From Erythrobacter sp. (GTDB lineage Bacteria > Pseudomonadota > Alphaproteobacteria > Sphingomonadales > Sphingomonadaceae): a stretch of 64,000 bases of DNA. Both the position numbers and the translations under genes were made by a program. The stretch is taken from the NCBI RefSeq assembly GCF_035194505.1, contig NZ_CP136573.1, positions 2,894,587 to 2,958,586 on the forward strand, written 5' to 3'. The notes under the pieces are model-generated. The model was not told the origin of the DNA and ran no database searches. It saw only the letters and a program-made list of their open reading frames with translations. Positions 33,274 to 42,875 of the stretch are shown here, one piece after another. Each line of letters begins with the position of its first letter. Positions within the stretch are counted from its first letter, which is position 1.

Positions 33274-36200
33274 ATGGCCAAATCGAAAGCTGCCGCTGCC
33301 GCGCCCGCCTTGCAGGGGGCTGTTCCGGGCCGTCTGGCCGGCAAGATCGCCGTCGTCACCGGCGCTGCGGGCAATCTGGGCGGCCATATCGTCACCCATT
33401 ACCTTGCCGAAGGCGCAACCGTAGTGATGACGGGCCGCACGCCCGATCGCACCAAGGCGGCGGCCGACGCGCTGCTCAAGGCCACCGGCGCGGACCCTGC
33501 ACGGCTCGCCACAGTCGCTCTTGATGGCGGGGATATCGGCTCGGTGCGCGCGGCGATTGCCGAGGTGGTGAAACAGTTCGGGCGGATCGACATCCTCGTC
33601 AACAACGCCGGCAGCGCGGGCCCGAAGCAGCCGATCGAGAACCTGCCCTTGTCGGCGGAGGAACTGGTCGCCCTGCAAAAGAAGGGCGCGAGTGACAGCG
33701 AGACCGTGGGCGATGCGCTGCGCAACATCTTCGGCGTTGCCTTCAATGTCGCGCGCACCGCCGCACCGCACATCCCCGAAGGCGGGTCGATCATCAACGT
33801 CTCGACCATCTTCAGCCGCACGCCTTACTATGCGCGCGCTGCCTATGTCGTCCCCAAGGCGGCGATGAATGCGTGGAGCCGCGAACTCAGCCTTGAACTC
33901 GGTTCCAGGGGCATCCGGGTCAATCTCGTCTACCCCGGGCCGATCGAGAGCGAGCGTATCCGCAATGTCTTTGCCGCGATGGATACCGCGCGGGGCGACG
34001 AACAGGGCACCACCGCGAACCAGTTCTTCGACATGATGAGCCTGGAGCGTGCCACTGGCGGGAACGACAAGGCCAAGACCTTCCCCACACCCACGGATAT
34101 CGCCACCACCTGCGTCTTCCTCGGCTCCGACGAGAGCGCGGCCTATAACGGCCATGATTTCGAGGTCACCCACGGGATGACCGTGCGCAAGGAAGAGCGC
34201 GCGACCTATCTTGCGCGGCCGACCATGCGCTCGATGGACGGCACCGGCCTTGCTGTGCTGATTGCTGCTGGCGATGACTGGGAAGAGGCACTCGAGATCG
34301 CTCAGGTGCAGCTGGCCTGCGGGGCGGAAGTCGTGCTCGGTCTGCCGCGCGCTGCCGACGTTGCCATCGCCGAAAAGCGCTGCGCGGCGATGGGCATTTC
34401 CGACAAGCTTTCGATCATCCGCTTCAGCCGCAAGGATGCAGGCGCGATGGAAGCCGCGCTGGAGGACTACACAGCGAAAGGCACGCCGATCAGCGGCGCG
34501 CTGTTCCTCCCCGCTCTGGGCGCGGGCGAACTGTCTGGCGCGCTGACCGAGGCCGGTGACGATGTGGTCGAGGCGTTGATGGACGCCGAGCTTGCCGGCA
34601 ACATGGCTCTGGCGCGCACGCTAAGCCGTTACTGGAAGCGCCACGACAACCTGCTGCAACCGCCGCGCTTCGTGTTCGTCAGCCACAAGAGCGACGGGAA
34701 AGGCGATATCTACGCGCACGTTCTGCGCGCAGCGACCGAACAGCTGATCCGCATCTGGCGCGACGAGAGCGCGATCGACACCGCCCATGGCCGCCGCCGT
34801 CAGGCCGAGTGGGGCAACCAGATCGTGCGCTTCACCAACACCGAAGCCGAGAACATCCGCTTCACCGCCGGTCATGCCGCGCGCATCCTGTTGAAGGAAA
34901 GCAAGCTCGGCGAGATCACGCTCTACGTGCCGTCGAACATCGGAGAGGCGACGGGGGCGCGGAAGGCCATGCCCGGCTTCTCCGAGAACATCACCGGGCT
35001 GCATCTCGGCAAGGTTGCGCTGATTACCGGCGGTTCGGCCGGGATCGGCGGACAGGTCGCGCGCCTGCTGGCGCTGGCCGGCGGCAAGGTGATGATGGTC
35101 GCCCGCCGCGAAAGCGAGCTGGCCGTCGCCCGTGCGCGGATCGTCAGCGAGCTCGAGGATATCGGCTTTGCGGGCGTTGAACGCCGGGTGCAGACCCTTG
35201 CCAATGTCGATGTCAGCAACTTCGAGAGCCTCAAGGGCGCGGTTGACGCGACGCTCAAGGCCTTCGGGCGGATCGACTACCTCATCAACAATGCGGGTGT
35301 CGCCGGCGCCGAGGATATGGTCGTCGATATGGGGGTCGATGCGTGGAACTACACGCTCGATGCGAACCTCGTGTCGAACTTCTTCCTGATGCACCACGTC
35401 GCCCCGCTGATGAAGGCGCAAGGCTCGGGCTACATCCTCAATGTCTCGTCCTATTTCGGCGGGGAGAAATATCTCGCGGTCGCCTATCCCAACCGCGCCG
35501 ATTATGCCGTGTCGAAGGCCGGCCAGCGCGCGATGGTGGAGAGCATGGCGCGCTATCTCGGCCCCGAAGTTCAGTTCAACGCGATTGCGCCGGGGCCGGT
35601 GGATGGCGATCGCCTCTCGGGCACGGGCGGCAAGCCCGGCCTGTTCGAGCGGCGCGGCAAGCTGATCCTCGCCAACAAGCGCCTGAATGCGGTCCACGCC
35701 GCCGCGATCAAGGCGATCCGGCGCGGCGTGCGGGTCGAGGCGGTGCTGGCGCGGCTGGCCCGCAACGACACCGTCAAGATGAGCCACGACACCAACAACC
35801 CGCACGAGTTGCGCGAGCTGGCGCTGGCCTGCGCGCGCGAGGGCGATGGCACCTGCACCTGGGACCAGTATCTCCTCACCCCGCAGATCGCCGCTGCACT
35901 GGTCAGCCGTCTGCGGCAGGCGGGCCTGTTCCTCGATGCGCCGGAATGGAATGATCGTCCTGCCACGCCCGAGGCCGATGCCGACTGGCTGATGCGCGTG
36001 CCGCCCGAGGATGCGCCCTTCCTGCCCGCCGACAAGATCGCCACCGAGGCGCACAAGGTCGGCACGGGCGTGCTCTCCAAGCTCTATCTCGGCAAGATGC
36101 CGACCGAGCATGACGTGGCACAGGCGACCGTGTTCTTCCTCGCCGACCGCGCCGTGTCGGGCGAGACATTCATGCCCTCTGGCGGCCTCTCGGTGGAGCG

Positions 36201-36972
36201 TTCGACCACCGAGCGCGAACTGTTCGGCAGTCCCAAGCAGGAGCGGCTCGACCAGATGCGGGGCAAGACGGTGTGGATCATCGGCGAGCATCTCACCGAT
36301 TATCTCGCCGAAACCGCGCGCGCCTTCATCGAGGATTGCGGCGTGGCCAATGTGGTGGCGATCACCCGCACGGCCGAGGCATTCGAGGCGATCAAGGCGC
36401 AGCTCGAACCGGATGTGGCCGCCTCGCTGACCTCGCTGGTCAAGAGCACCGATATCGAAGCGACGATGGACGAGGCGCTGACCCTGTGGGGCAGGCCGAC
36501 CACGATCCTCTCGACCCCGATGTCGGCCCTGCCGGGCAAGCTTTTCGCTACCGACAATCCGCTGACCCCGGAGGAATTCCGCACCGTGGTGGCCGACAAC
36601 CTCACCCACCATTTCCGCGTCTCGCGCCGCGCCTCGCTCTATGATGATTGCCAGCTGGTGTTGACCAGCCCCGACGTTGCGATGGGCGACAAGTCCCCGG
36701 CCTTCGCGCTGGCGAACTTCATCAAGACGACGCTGCACGCTTTCACCGCGACCCTCGCCGTGGAGAACGAGCGGCTGGTGCATGATGTGCCGGTCAACCA
36801 GATCAACCTCACCCGCCGCGTTCAGTCCGAAGAACCGCGCGATCTCGACGAGCATCTCGAAGAGGTGCGCCGCTTCGCCCGCGCAGTGCTGCTGGTCGGC
36901 GCGCCGTTGCCGGACGCGGAGGACTCGCGCTACCGGGCGCGGATCTATCGCGGCATGTCGATGACGGTGTGA
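33274..36972 (+). CDS. mcr: Bifunctional malonyl-CoA reductase (malonyl-CoA -> malonate semialdehyde -> 3-hydroxypropionate), multi-SDR fusion
   Basis: 1232 aa from ATG 33274, with GAGGAGAGAG upstream. N-terminal SDR: [11 protein letters not shown] plus YVVPKAA. A second catalytic SDR near residue ~585: [10 protein letters not shown] plus YAVSKAG. Size and architecture match the Chloroflexus-type MCR. Confidence 0.9.
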   Translation: MAKSKAAAAAPALQGAVPGRLAGKIAVVTGAAGNLGGHIVTHYLAEGATVVMTGRTPDRTKAAADALLKATGADPARLATVALDGGDIGSVRAAIAEVVKQFGRIDILVNNAGSAGPKQPIENLPLSAEELVALQKKGASDSETVGDALRNIFGVAFNVARTAAPHIPEGGSIINVSTIFSRTPYYARAAYVVPKAAMNAWSRELSLELGSRGIRVNLVYPGPIESERIRNVFAAMDTARGDEQGTTANQFFDMMSLERATGGNDKAKTFPTPTDIATTCVFLGSDESAAYNGHDFEVTHGMTVRKEERATYLARPTMRSMDGTGLAVLIAAGDDWEEALEIAQVQLACGAEVVLGLPRAADVAIAEKRCAAMGISDKLSIIRFSRKDAGAMEAALEDYTAKGTPISGALFLPALGAGELSGALTEAGDDVVEALMDAELAGNMALARTLSRYWKRHDNLLQPPRFVFVSHKSDGKGDIYAHVLRAATEQLIRIWRDESAIDTAHGRRRQAEWGNQIVRFTNTEAENIRFTAGHAARILLKESKLGEITLYVPSNIGEATGARKAMPGFSENITGLHLGKVALITGGSAGIGGQVARLLALAGGKVMMVARRESELAVARARIVSELEDIGFAGVERRVQTLANVDVSNFESLKGAVDATLKAFGRIDYLINNAGVAGAEDMVVDMGVDAWNYTLDANLVSNFFLMHHVAPLMKAQGSGYILNVSSYFGGEKYLAVAYPNRADYAVSKAGQRAMVESMARYLGPEVQFNAIAPGPVDGDRLSGTGGKPGLFERRGKLILANKRLNAVHAAAIKAIRRGVRVEAVLARLARNDTVKMSHDTNNPHELRELALACAREGDGTCTWDQYLLTPQIAAALVSRLRQAGLFLDAPEWNDRPATPEADADWLMRVPPEDAPFLPADKIATEAHKVGTGVLSKLYLGKMPTEHDVAQATVFFLADRAVSGETFMPSGGLSVERSTTERELFGSPKQERLDQMRGKTVWIIGEHLTDYLAETARAFIEDCGVANVVAITRTAEAFEAIKAQLEPDVAASLTSLVKSTDIEATMDEALTLWGRPTTILSTPMSALPGKLFATDNPLTPEEFRTVVADNLTHHFRVSRRASLYDDCQLVLTSPDVAMGDKSPAFALANFIKTTLHAFTATLAVENERLVHDVPVNQINLTRRVQSEEPRDLDEHLEEVRRFARAVLLVGAPLPDAEDSRYRARIYRGMSMTV

Positions 36973-36985
36973 TCTAGGATCAGGA

Positions 36986-37900
36986 ATGATCCAGTATCTG
37001 CCCTTCGAAAAGCCGATCGAGGCGCTCGACCGGCACGTTGTCGAGGCCGCCGGCACGCCCGAGGCACCGATGCTGGCCGAGCGGGCCGAACGCCTGCTTG
37101 CGGACACTTATGCGCGGCTCACCCCGTGGCAGCGCACGCTGGTCGCCCGTCACCCCCAGCGGCCCCGGTTCGAGCGGCTGGTGGCGGGGCTGTTCACCGA
37201 TTTCCTGCCGATTGCGGGGGACCGTGTGTTCGGCGATGATCACGCGATCATCGGCGGCTTTGCCCGCTTCGAAGGGCGCCGCGTGGTCGTGATCGGCCAT
37301 GTGAAGGGCGAGGACACGCCCGGGCGGCTCAGGCACAATTTCGGCATGGCCCGGCCCGAAGGCTATCGCAAGGCGATCCGGCTGATGGATCTGGCGGACC
37401 GTTTCGGCCTGCCGGTCGTCACGCTGGTCGACACCCCCGGCGCCTTTCCCGGCGTTGATGCCGAGGCGCGCGGGCAGGCCGAGGCCATTGCCCGTTCGAC
37501 CGAAACCTGCCTCGCGCTGGGCGTTCCGCTGATTGCGGTGATCATCGGGGAGGGCGGATCGGGCGGTGCAGTCGCGTTGGCAGCAGCGAACCGCGTGCTG
37601 ATGTGCGAACACGCGGTCTATTCGGTGATCTCGCCCGAAGGCTGTGCATCGATCCTGTGGCGCAGCGGCGCGCAGGCCCCCGATGCAGCCGAGGCGATGA
37701 AGGTGACCGCGGGCGATCTGCTCAAACTCGGGGTGATCCACCGCATAGTCTACGAACCCAAGGGCGGCGCGCACCGCGATCCCGATGAAATGGTGAAACG
37801 CATGGCGCTCGCGCTGCGCAGCGAACTGGACACCCTCGCGCCGCTAAGCGCCGACGAACTGCGGGCCGAGCGGGAGGAATTCTTCCTGTCGCTTGGGTGA
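36986..37900 (+). CDS. accA: Acetyl-CoA carboxylase carboxyltransferase subunit alpha
   Basis: 304 aa with AccA motifs [15 protein letters not shown] and [23 protein letters not shown]. Only 13 nt after the mcr stop, with AGGATCAGGA as its RBS. Confidence 0.92.
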   Translation: MIQYLPFEKPIEALDRHVVEAAGTPEAPMLAERAERLLADTYARLTPWQRTLVARHPQRPRFERLVAGLFTDFLPIAGDRVFGDDHAIIGGFARFEGRRVVVIGHVKGEDTPGRLRHNFGMARPEGYRKAIRLMDLADRFGLPVVTLVDTPGAFPGVDAEARGQAEAIARSTETCLALGVPLIAVIIGEGGSGGAVALAAANRVLMCEHAVYSVISPEGCASILWRSGAQAPDAAEAMKVTAGDLLKLGVIHRIVYEPKGGAHRDPDEMVKRMALALRSELDTLAPLSADELRAEREEFFLSLG

Positions 37901-37976
<76 letters not shown>

Positions 37977-38037
37977 TATCCGCGCAGCGCCCTAACTCCA
38001 ATCCGGCCCGCCCTCAAGTAGCGAAGCAGTAGGGCGA

Positions 38038-38922
38038 CTAAAACGCGCCGAAAGTCCAGCCTTCGGTTCGCGCAACATCGGCAGTGAGTCCGGGCGGGTG
38101 CCATAGATCGCGCTCTGCGTGGACGCGCCGCAGCCATGCGGCGGTGAGGAGGGCGTCGGAGGAATGGTCGTCGATGGGGCCGCTGCCCTTGACTGGCGGC
38201 GAGCCGAGCGCATCGAGCGCATCGTTCAGCGCCTCGTAGCTGCGGATCTTCGTCGCCGCGCCCGTCACCCCGCCCAGCCGTGCAGCGACGGAGGTGTAAA
38301 TTTCGGTTACCACCGATCCCTGCTCCGGCAACGGGTCGACCGGCCATACCGGGACACGCGGGCCTAGGCGGTGGAGCATCCGCATCCCTGTCAGGCTCGA
38401 CTTGCCGACCTGCGCCGCGCCCACAAGGTTGAAATTGCTCACCGGACGTACGCCTGCCGCGCGCTGTGCGATCTCGGCCACCCGGAACCGGCCCTCGCGG
38501 CTGGTGGCATCGGGGAGAAGGAAGCGATCGCCCTCGAGCCCCGCACCGTGGCGGAAATAGCGCGAGGCCTCGGGGTGCGAGACAAAGCCGCCCGCCTCGA
38601 GGTTCGGATCATCAGTGCACAGCGCATCGATCAGCGCCCACAGCCCGCGGGCATCGCCTGGCGAAGCGTCCCAACCGGGGAAGAACGCCCCCCCATCCAC
38701 GTGTGGCAGTCCGATACCGAGATCGAGTCCGACCAAGGTCGGTTCCTCGAGCGATGACAGCAGCGCCAGCACCTCGGCCCGCGCCCAGCCTTTGGGATCG
38801 GGCGGCGTGACAAGCACCGGCGCGCCGCCATCGGCCAATGCGAGGCCAAGCGCGATGCCCTTTTGCCGCGCGCCCTTTGCCCCCGACCAGTCGACTGCGA
38901 GAAAGCGGGTGAACCGGCTCAC
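38038..38922 (-). CDS. Conserved hypothetical protein, possibly RNase-H-like/DUF429-type nuclease fold
   Basis: 294 aa. The GTG start overlaps the rarA TGA (GTGA). Acidic motifs lie at positions expected for an RNase-H-like fold (FLAVDWSG near the N-terminus, GPIDDHSSDALLTAAW near the C-terminus). The family assignment comes from memory of motif patterns only. Confidence 0.55.
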   Translation of the reverse strand: MSRFTRFLAVDWSGAKGARQKGIALGLALADGGAPVLVTPPDPKGWARAEVLALLSSLEEPTLVGLDLGIGLPHVDGGAFFPGWDASPGDARGLWALIDALCTDDPNLEAGGFVSHPEASRYFRHGAGLEGDRFLLPDATSREGRFRVAEIAQRAAGVRPVSNFNLVGAAQVGKSSLTGMRMLHRLGPRVPVWPVDPLPEQGSVVTEIYTSVAARLGGVTGAATKIRSYEALNDALDALGSPPVKGSGPIDDHSSDALLTAAWLRRVHAERDLWHPPGLTADVARTEGWTFGAF

Positions 38923-40232
38923 CCGCGCTCGCTCCGCAGCCTGTCCCAGTAATCGAGGCGCTTCTTCACCTCGCGTTCGAAGCCGCGCTCGACCGGCACG
39001 TAAAAGGCTTCGGCCGCTATGCCTTCGGGCCAGTAATTGTCACCCGAAAAGCCCTCGGCCGCGTCATGATCATAGGTGTAGCCCGCGCCGTAGCCGATAT
39101 CCTTCATCAGCTTGGTCGGCGCGTTCAGGATGTTGGCGGGCGGGGCGAGGCTGCCGGTGTCTTTCGCCGCCTTCCACGCCGCCTTCTGCGCTATGTAGGC
39201 GGCGTTGGATTTTGGGGCGGTGGCGAGGTAGAGGCAGGCCTGCACCAGCGCCAGTTCGCCCTCGGGCGAACCGAGGAAGCGGTAGGCCTCCATCGCTGCC
39301 ATGCATTGCGGCAGGGCCTGCGGATCGGCCATGCCGATGTCCTCCACCGCCATGCGCACCAGCCGCCGGGCGAGGAACAGCGGGTCTTCCCCTGCCACGA
39401 GCATCCGCGCCAGCCAGTAAAGCGCGGCCTGCGGATCAGAACCGCGGACGGATTTATGGAGGGCGCTGATGAGGTTGTAATGCCCATCGCGGTCCTTGTC
39501 GTACACGGCGACACGGCGCTGCAGGAACTGGCCGAGCGCGGCGGGATCAAGCGGCTCTGAAAGTCCGGCGGCGTAGAGCGTTTCGGCCTGGCCGAGCAGG
39601 AACCGCCCGTCGCCATCGGCCTGTGCGACCAGTGCGTTGCGGGCTTCGGGGGTGAGGGGAAGGGGGCCTTCGAGCGCCTCTGCGCGATCGAGCAGGGCGG
39701 CCAGCGCTGTCTCGTCCAGCCGGTTCAGCACCAGCACCTGCGCGCGGCTCAGCAGCGCGGCGTTCAGGGCAAAGCTCGGGTTCTCAGTGGTCGCGCCCAC
39801 CAGCGTCACTACGCCGCGCTCGACAAAGGGCAGGAAACCATCCTGCTGGGCGCGATTGAAACGGTGGATCTCGTCCACGAACAATAGCGTCTTGCGGCCC
39901 GCCGCGGCCATCTTCTCCGCTTCGGCAAAGGCCTGCTTCAGGTCCGCCACGCCCGAGAACACCGCGCTGATCGCGGCGTAGCGCATGCCCACGGCATCGG
40001 CGAGCAGGCGGGCGATGGAGGTCTTGCCGGTGCCCGGCGGCCCCCACAGGATCATGCTGGACAGCCGGCCCGCCGCCACCATCCGCCCGATCGCGCCCTC
40101 GGGGCCGGTGAGGTGCTCCTGTCCGATCACTTCGGCAAGGCTCGCCGGACGCAGCCGGTCAGCCAGCGGCGCGTCGGCCGCAGGCGCGTCTGATGCACGC
40201 GGGGATGCGTCTTGTCCGAACAGATCAGTCAT
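38919..40232 (-). CDS. rarA: Replication-associated recombination protein A (AAA+ ATPase RarA/MgsA)
   Basis: 437 aa from ATG 40232. Walker A is WGPPGTGKTS, Walker B is LFVDEIHRFN, and the MgsA C-terminal domain is present. The track's longer ORF start lies in the padR promoter region. Confidence 0.92.
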   Translation of the reverse strand: MTDLFGQDASPRASDAPAADAPLADRLRPASLAEVIGQEHLTGPEGAIGRMVAAGRLSSMILWGPPGTGKTSIARLLADAVGMRYAAISAVFSGVADLKQAFAEAEKMAAAGRKTLLFVDEIHRFNRAQQDGFLPFVERGVVTLVGATTENPSFALNAALLSRAQVLVLNRLDETALAALLDRAEALEGPLPLTPEARNALVAQADGDGRFLLGQAETLYAAGLSEPLDPAALGQFLQRRVAVYDKDRDGHYNLISALHKSVRGSDPQAALYWLARMLVAGEDPLFLARRLVRMAVEDIGMADPQALPQCMAAMEAYRFLGSPEGELALVQACLYLATAPKSNAAYIAQKAAWKAAKDTGSLAPPANILNAPTKLMKDIGYGAGYTYDHDAAEGFSGDNYWPEGIAAEAFYVPVERGFEREVKKRLDYWDRLRSERG

Positions 40233-40291
40233 TCGTCGGCTGTGATAGGCTCTCGGGCGGAAAAGGAAAACGCCTCGCGGTGCGCCTCTTG

Positions 40292-40315
40292 ATAAGATAG
40301 GTCTAAGATATATCT
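40292..40315. promoter_or_regulatory. AT-rich palindrome AAGATATATCTT with an adjacent TAAGATA direct repeat (candidate PadR operator)
   Basis: A perfect 12-bp palindrome lies at 40304-40315, and TAAGATA occurs at both 40292-40298 and 40303-40309. The site is 30 nt upstream of the padR ATG, in the rarA/padR divergent gap. Confidence 0.3.
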
Positions 40316-40345
40316 TGGATGTATCGAAGATGCATGGAGGATAGC

Positions 40346-40996
40346 ATGACCTGGAACAAGTACGGGCGTGGCGGTGGCTGGGAAAAGCTCGCCGAGGCAA
40401 TGGCGACGATGGCGATGAACGGAAACGTCAATTTCGGCGGGCCGGGCTTCAAGATGCGCGCGCGCTTCGACGAGGATTTCCCGCGTGAAGCCGATGGCGA
40501 GGGCGAAGAACGCGGTCCCGGTCGACGTGGTCGGCGCGGGCGGATGTTCGGTCAGGGCGAGCTGCGCCTCGCGCTGCTGGCGCTGATCGCCGAGAACCCG
40601 TCGCACGGCTATGAACTGATCAAGGCGATCGAGGAAATGACTGGCGGCGACTATGCCCCGAGCCCGGGCGCGGTCTACCCGACGCTCCAGCTGCTCGAGG
40701 ATGAAGGCTCGATCGAGGAAGCCGAGGCCGAAGGCGCGAAGAAGCCCTTTGCCGCCACCGCGCAGGGCCTTGAGGAGCTCGAGGATCGCAAGGTCGAGGT
40801 CAAGGCGCTGCTCCGCCGCCTCGGCCGTCACGGCGAACGCACCACTACCGTCCGCTCGCATGACGTGTTCCGGGCGATGGGCAACCTCGGCTCTGTGCTG
40901 AAGAACCGTGCGCGGGCGGGCAAGCTCGACGAGAACACCATCAAGGAAATCGTCGACATGATCGACGAGATGGCCAAGCGCATCGAGCGGCTCTGA
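40346..40996 (+). CDS. PadR-family transcriptional regulator with Gly/Arg-rich N-terminal extension
   Basis: GGAGGA lies upstream of ATG 40346. The winged-helix core is SHGYELIKAIEEMTGGDYAPSPGAVYPTLQLLEDEG. Confidence 0.8.
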   Translation: MTWNKYGRGGGWEKLAEAMATMAMNGNVNFGGPGFKMRARFDEDFPREADGEGEERGPGRRGRRGRMFGQGELRLALLALIAENPSHGYELIKAIEEMTGGDYAPSPGAVYPTLQLLEDEGSIEEAEAEGAKKPFAATAQGLEELEDRKVEVKALLRRLGRHGERTTTVRSHDVFRAMGNLGSVLKNRARAGKLDENTIKEIVDMIDEMAKRIERL

Positions 40997-41032
40997 ACCG
41001 CCGCCGATTGCCGCAAGGCCGTTTGAGGCGTA

Positions 41033-41070
41033 GTCTCTCCCCGTCCGGGTCGCAGCGGATGGGGAGAGAC
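41033..41070 (+). promoter_or_regulatory. 10-bp perfect hairpin whose 3' arm contains the SD of the downstream membrane gene
   Basis: GTCTCTCCCC (41033-41042) pairs with GGGGAGAGAC (41061-41070) across an 18-nt loop. GGAGAG lies 6 nt upstream of GTG 41075. Confidence 0.4.
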
Positions 41071-41074
41071 GCCT

Positions 41075-41509
41075 GTGAACAGCAATCTGAACCCGCGCGC
41101 GAAAGCGCCGTGGCACCTCTGGCTGGTCGGCATTGCGACGCTGCTGTTCAACGCCATGGGCGTGTTCAGCTACACCATGACCAAACTGGGCAAGCTGGCT
41201 GATCTCGGCATGACCCCCGAACAGATCGCCTTCATGGACTCTTATCCTGCATGGGCGAGCACCTTGTGGGCGCTGGGTGTGTGGGGCGCTTTTGCCGGAT
41301 CCGTGCTCCTGCTGCTGCGTATGCGCTGGGCGGTTCCGGCTATGCTGGTCGCGCTGCTCGGCCTGATCGGGACGACGGCCTACAATTACGGCATGGCCGA
41401 TGTGCCGGCGAGCATGCAAGCCCCCGCGCTCGACGTCGCGATCTGGGTGGTGACGCTGTTCCTGCTGTATTATTCGCGCAGGATGGTGAAGGCTGGCGTG
41501 CTGAAATAG
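41075..41509 (+). CDS. Hypothetical 4-TM membrane protein (PadR-associated)
   Basis: 144 aa with a GTG start and four hydrophobic helices. No family was recognised. Confidence 0.6.
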   Translation: MNSNLNPRAKAPWHLWLVGIATLLFNAMGVFSYTMTKLGKLADLGMTPEQIAFMDSYPAWASTLWALGVWGAFAGSVLLLLRMRWAVPAMLVALLGLIGTTAYNYGMADVPASMQAPALDVAIWVVTLFLLYYSRRMVKAGVLK

Positions 41510-41521
41510 CCGTTCCGGCTC

Positions 41522-42700
41522 CTAGGCGGCGCGCAGCCTGCGCCGTTCCTCGACCAGCCGGACATAGATGTCCGCCACCACTGCGTTGATCGCTTCCCAG
41601 CTGTATTCGCAAGCGCGGGTCTCGCCCGCGGCGCCATGCGCGGCGCGCAGGGCCGGATCGAGGCAATAGGGGGCGAGCGCTTCGGCAAAGGCGTTTGCAT
41701 CGGCCTGCTTGTTGGTCGGCACCACCAGCCGGCCTGTCACGCCGTCGGTTACCAGACTGGCGCTGCCCGTTGCGCCGGCGGCCACCACCGGCAGCCCGCT
41801 GGCCATGGCTTCGAGCGTGACATTGCCGAAGGTCTCGGTGACCGAAGGGTTGAAGAAGATGTCGCCACTGGCGAGCGCCTGTCCCAGCGCATCACCGGTC
41901 TTGAAGCCGGTAAAGATGCCTTCGGGAAGGTTCGCTTCGAACCACCCGCGTGCCGGGCCGTCGCCGATCACCAGCACCTTGTGCGCCACGCCGCGCGCGC
42001 GCAGCCGGACGATGGTTTCGGCAAAGACGTCGAGCCCCTTTTCCATCACCAGCCGCCCGAGGAAGACGATGGCCACGTCCGTCTCGGCCAGCCCGATCGC
42101 GCGGCGCCATTCCGGATCGCGGCGGGCGGAGGAGAAGATCGTGCGATCCACCCCGCGGGTCCACAGGCCGATATCCTGATGCATCTCCATCGCCAGCAGT
42201 TCGTCGATCATGCTCTGCGACGGCGCGACCAGCGCGTCACAGCGGTTATAGAACCGCTTGAGCAGCTTGATCACCAGCGGCTCGAGGAAGGCCATGTTGT
42301 AGTAGCGCGGATAGGTCTCGAACCGGGTGTGGACGCTGGCGAGCACCGGAATATCGTGCTGTTGCGCCCATTTGAGCGCGGCATGGCCCGAAGGATCGGG
42401 CGAGGAGACGTGGATGATGTCGGGGCGGAAGGCCTCAAGATCGCGCTTCACATCTGCGCCCAGCCCGGTCGGCAGGCGATATTCGCCGCGCCCCTTAACC
42501 GGCATCGGCACATTGGGCAGGCCGACCAGTTCGCCGGTCGGCGGAAAATCGGGATTGGCGACCTTGGGGGAATAGACGCGCACCTTCGCGCCCTTGGCCA
42601 GCACCGAGCCGACGAGCCGGTTGAGGGCCTGATTGGCCCCGTCGCGGGTGTAATTGTAGTTGCCGCTGAACAGGGCAATGCGGAGGTCGGAAATGGTCAT
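41522..42700 (-). CDS. Glycosyltransferase family 4 (GT-B, group 1)
   Basis: 392 aa. The N-terminus LFSGNYNYTRDGANQALNRL is of the GT4 glycolipid-synthase type. The Ex7E region is ETFGNVTLEAMASGLPVV. Confidence 0.85.
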   Translation of the reverse strand: MTISDLRIALFSGNYNYTRDGANQALNRLVGSVLAKGAKVRVYSPKVANPDFPPTGELVGLPNVPMPVKGRGEYRLPTGLGADVKRDLEAFRPDIIHVSSPDPSGHAALKWAQQHDIPVLASVHTRFETYPRYYNMAFLEPLVIKLLKRFYNRCDALVAPSQSMIDELLAMEMHQDIGLWTRGVDRTIFSSARRDPEWRRAIGLAETDVAIVFLGRLVMEKGLDVFAETIVRLRARGVAHKVLVIGDGPARGWFEANLPEGIFTGFKTGDALGQALASGDIFFNPSVTETFGNVTLEAMASGLPVVAAGATGSASLVTDGVTGRLVVPTNKQADANAFAEALAPYCLDPALRAAHGAAGETRACEYSWEAINAVVADIYVRLVEERRRLRAA

Positions 42701-42799
42701 GGAGCGGCCCGTTTAGGCGAGGTCTGCGAATATTGCGAGAGGGAGCATTGGGGTGGCCCCGGCAATTCGCACGGCTACGGGGTTTATTCGATTGACTCC

Positions 42800-42875
42800 G
42801 CGCCCCGCCCCACTAGAGCGGCCAGCGGGCCACGCGGTCCCAACGCCGCGCGAGCTCTCTGCAAGGAGAGAATAC
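42800..42875 (+). promoter_or_regulatory. Candidate serC 5' leader with an SD-sequestering GNRA hairpin
   Basis: CTCTCT (42855-42860), a GCAA loop, then GGAGAG (42865-42870, the serC SD). Alphaproteobacterial serC genes are known to carry a conserved leader motif. Not verified by a covariance model. Confidence 0.3.
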
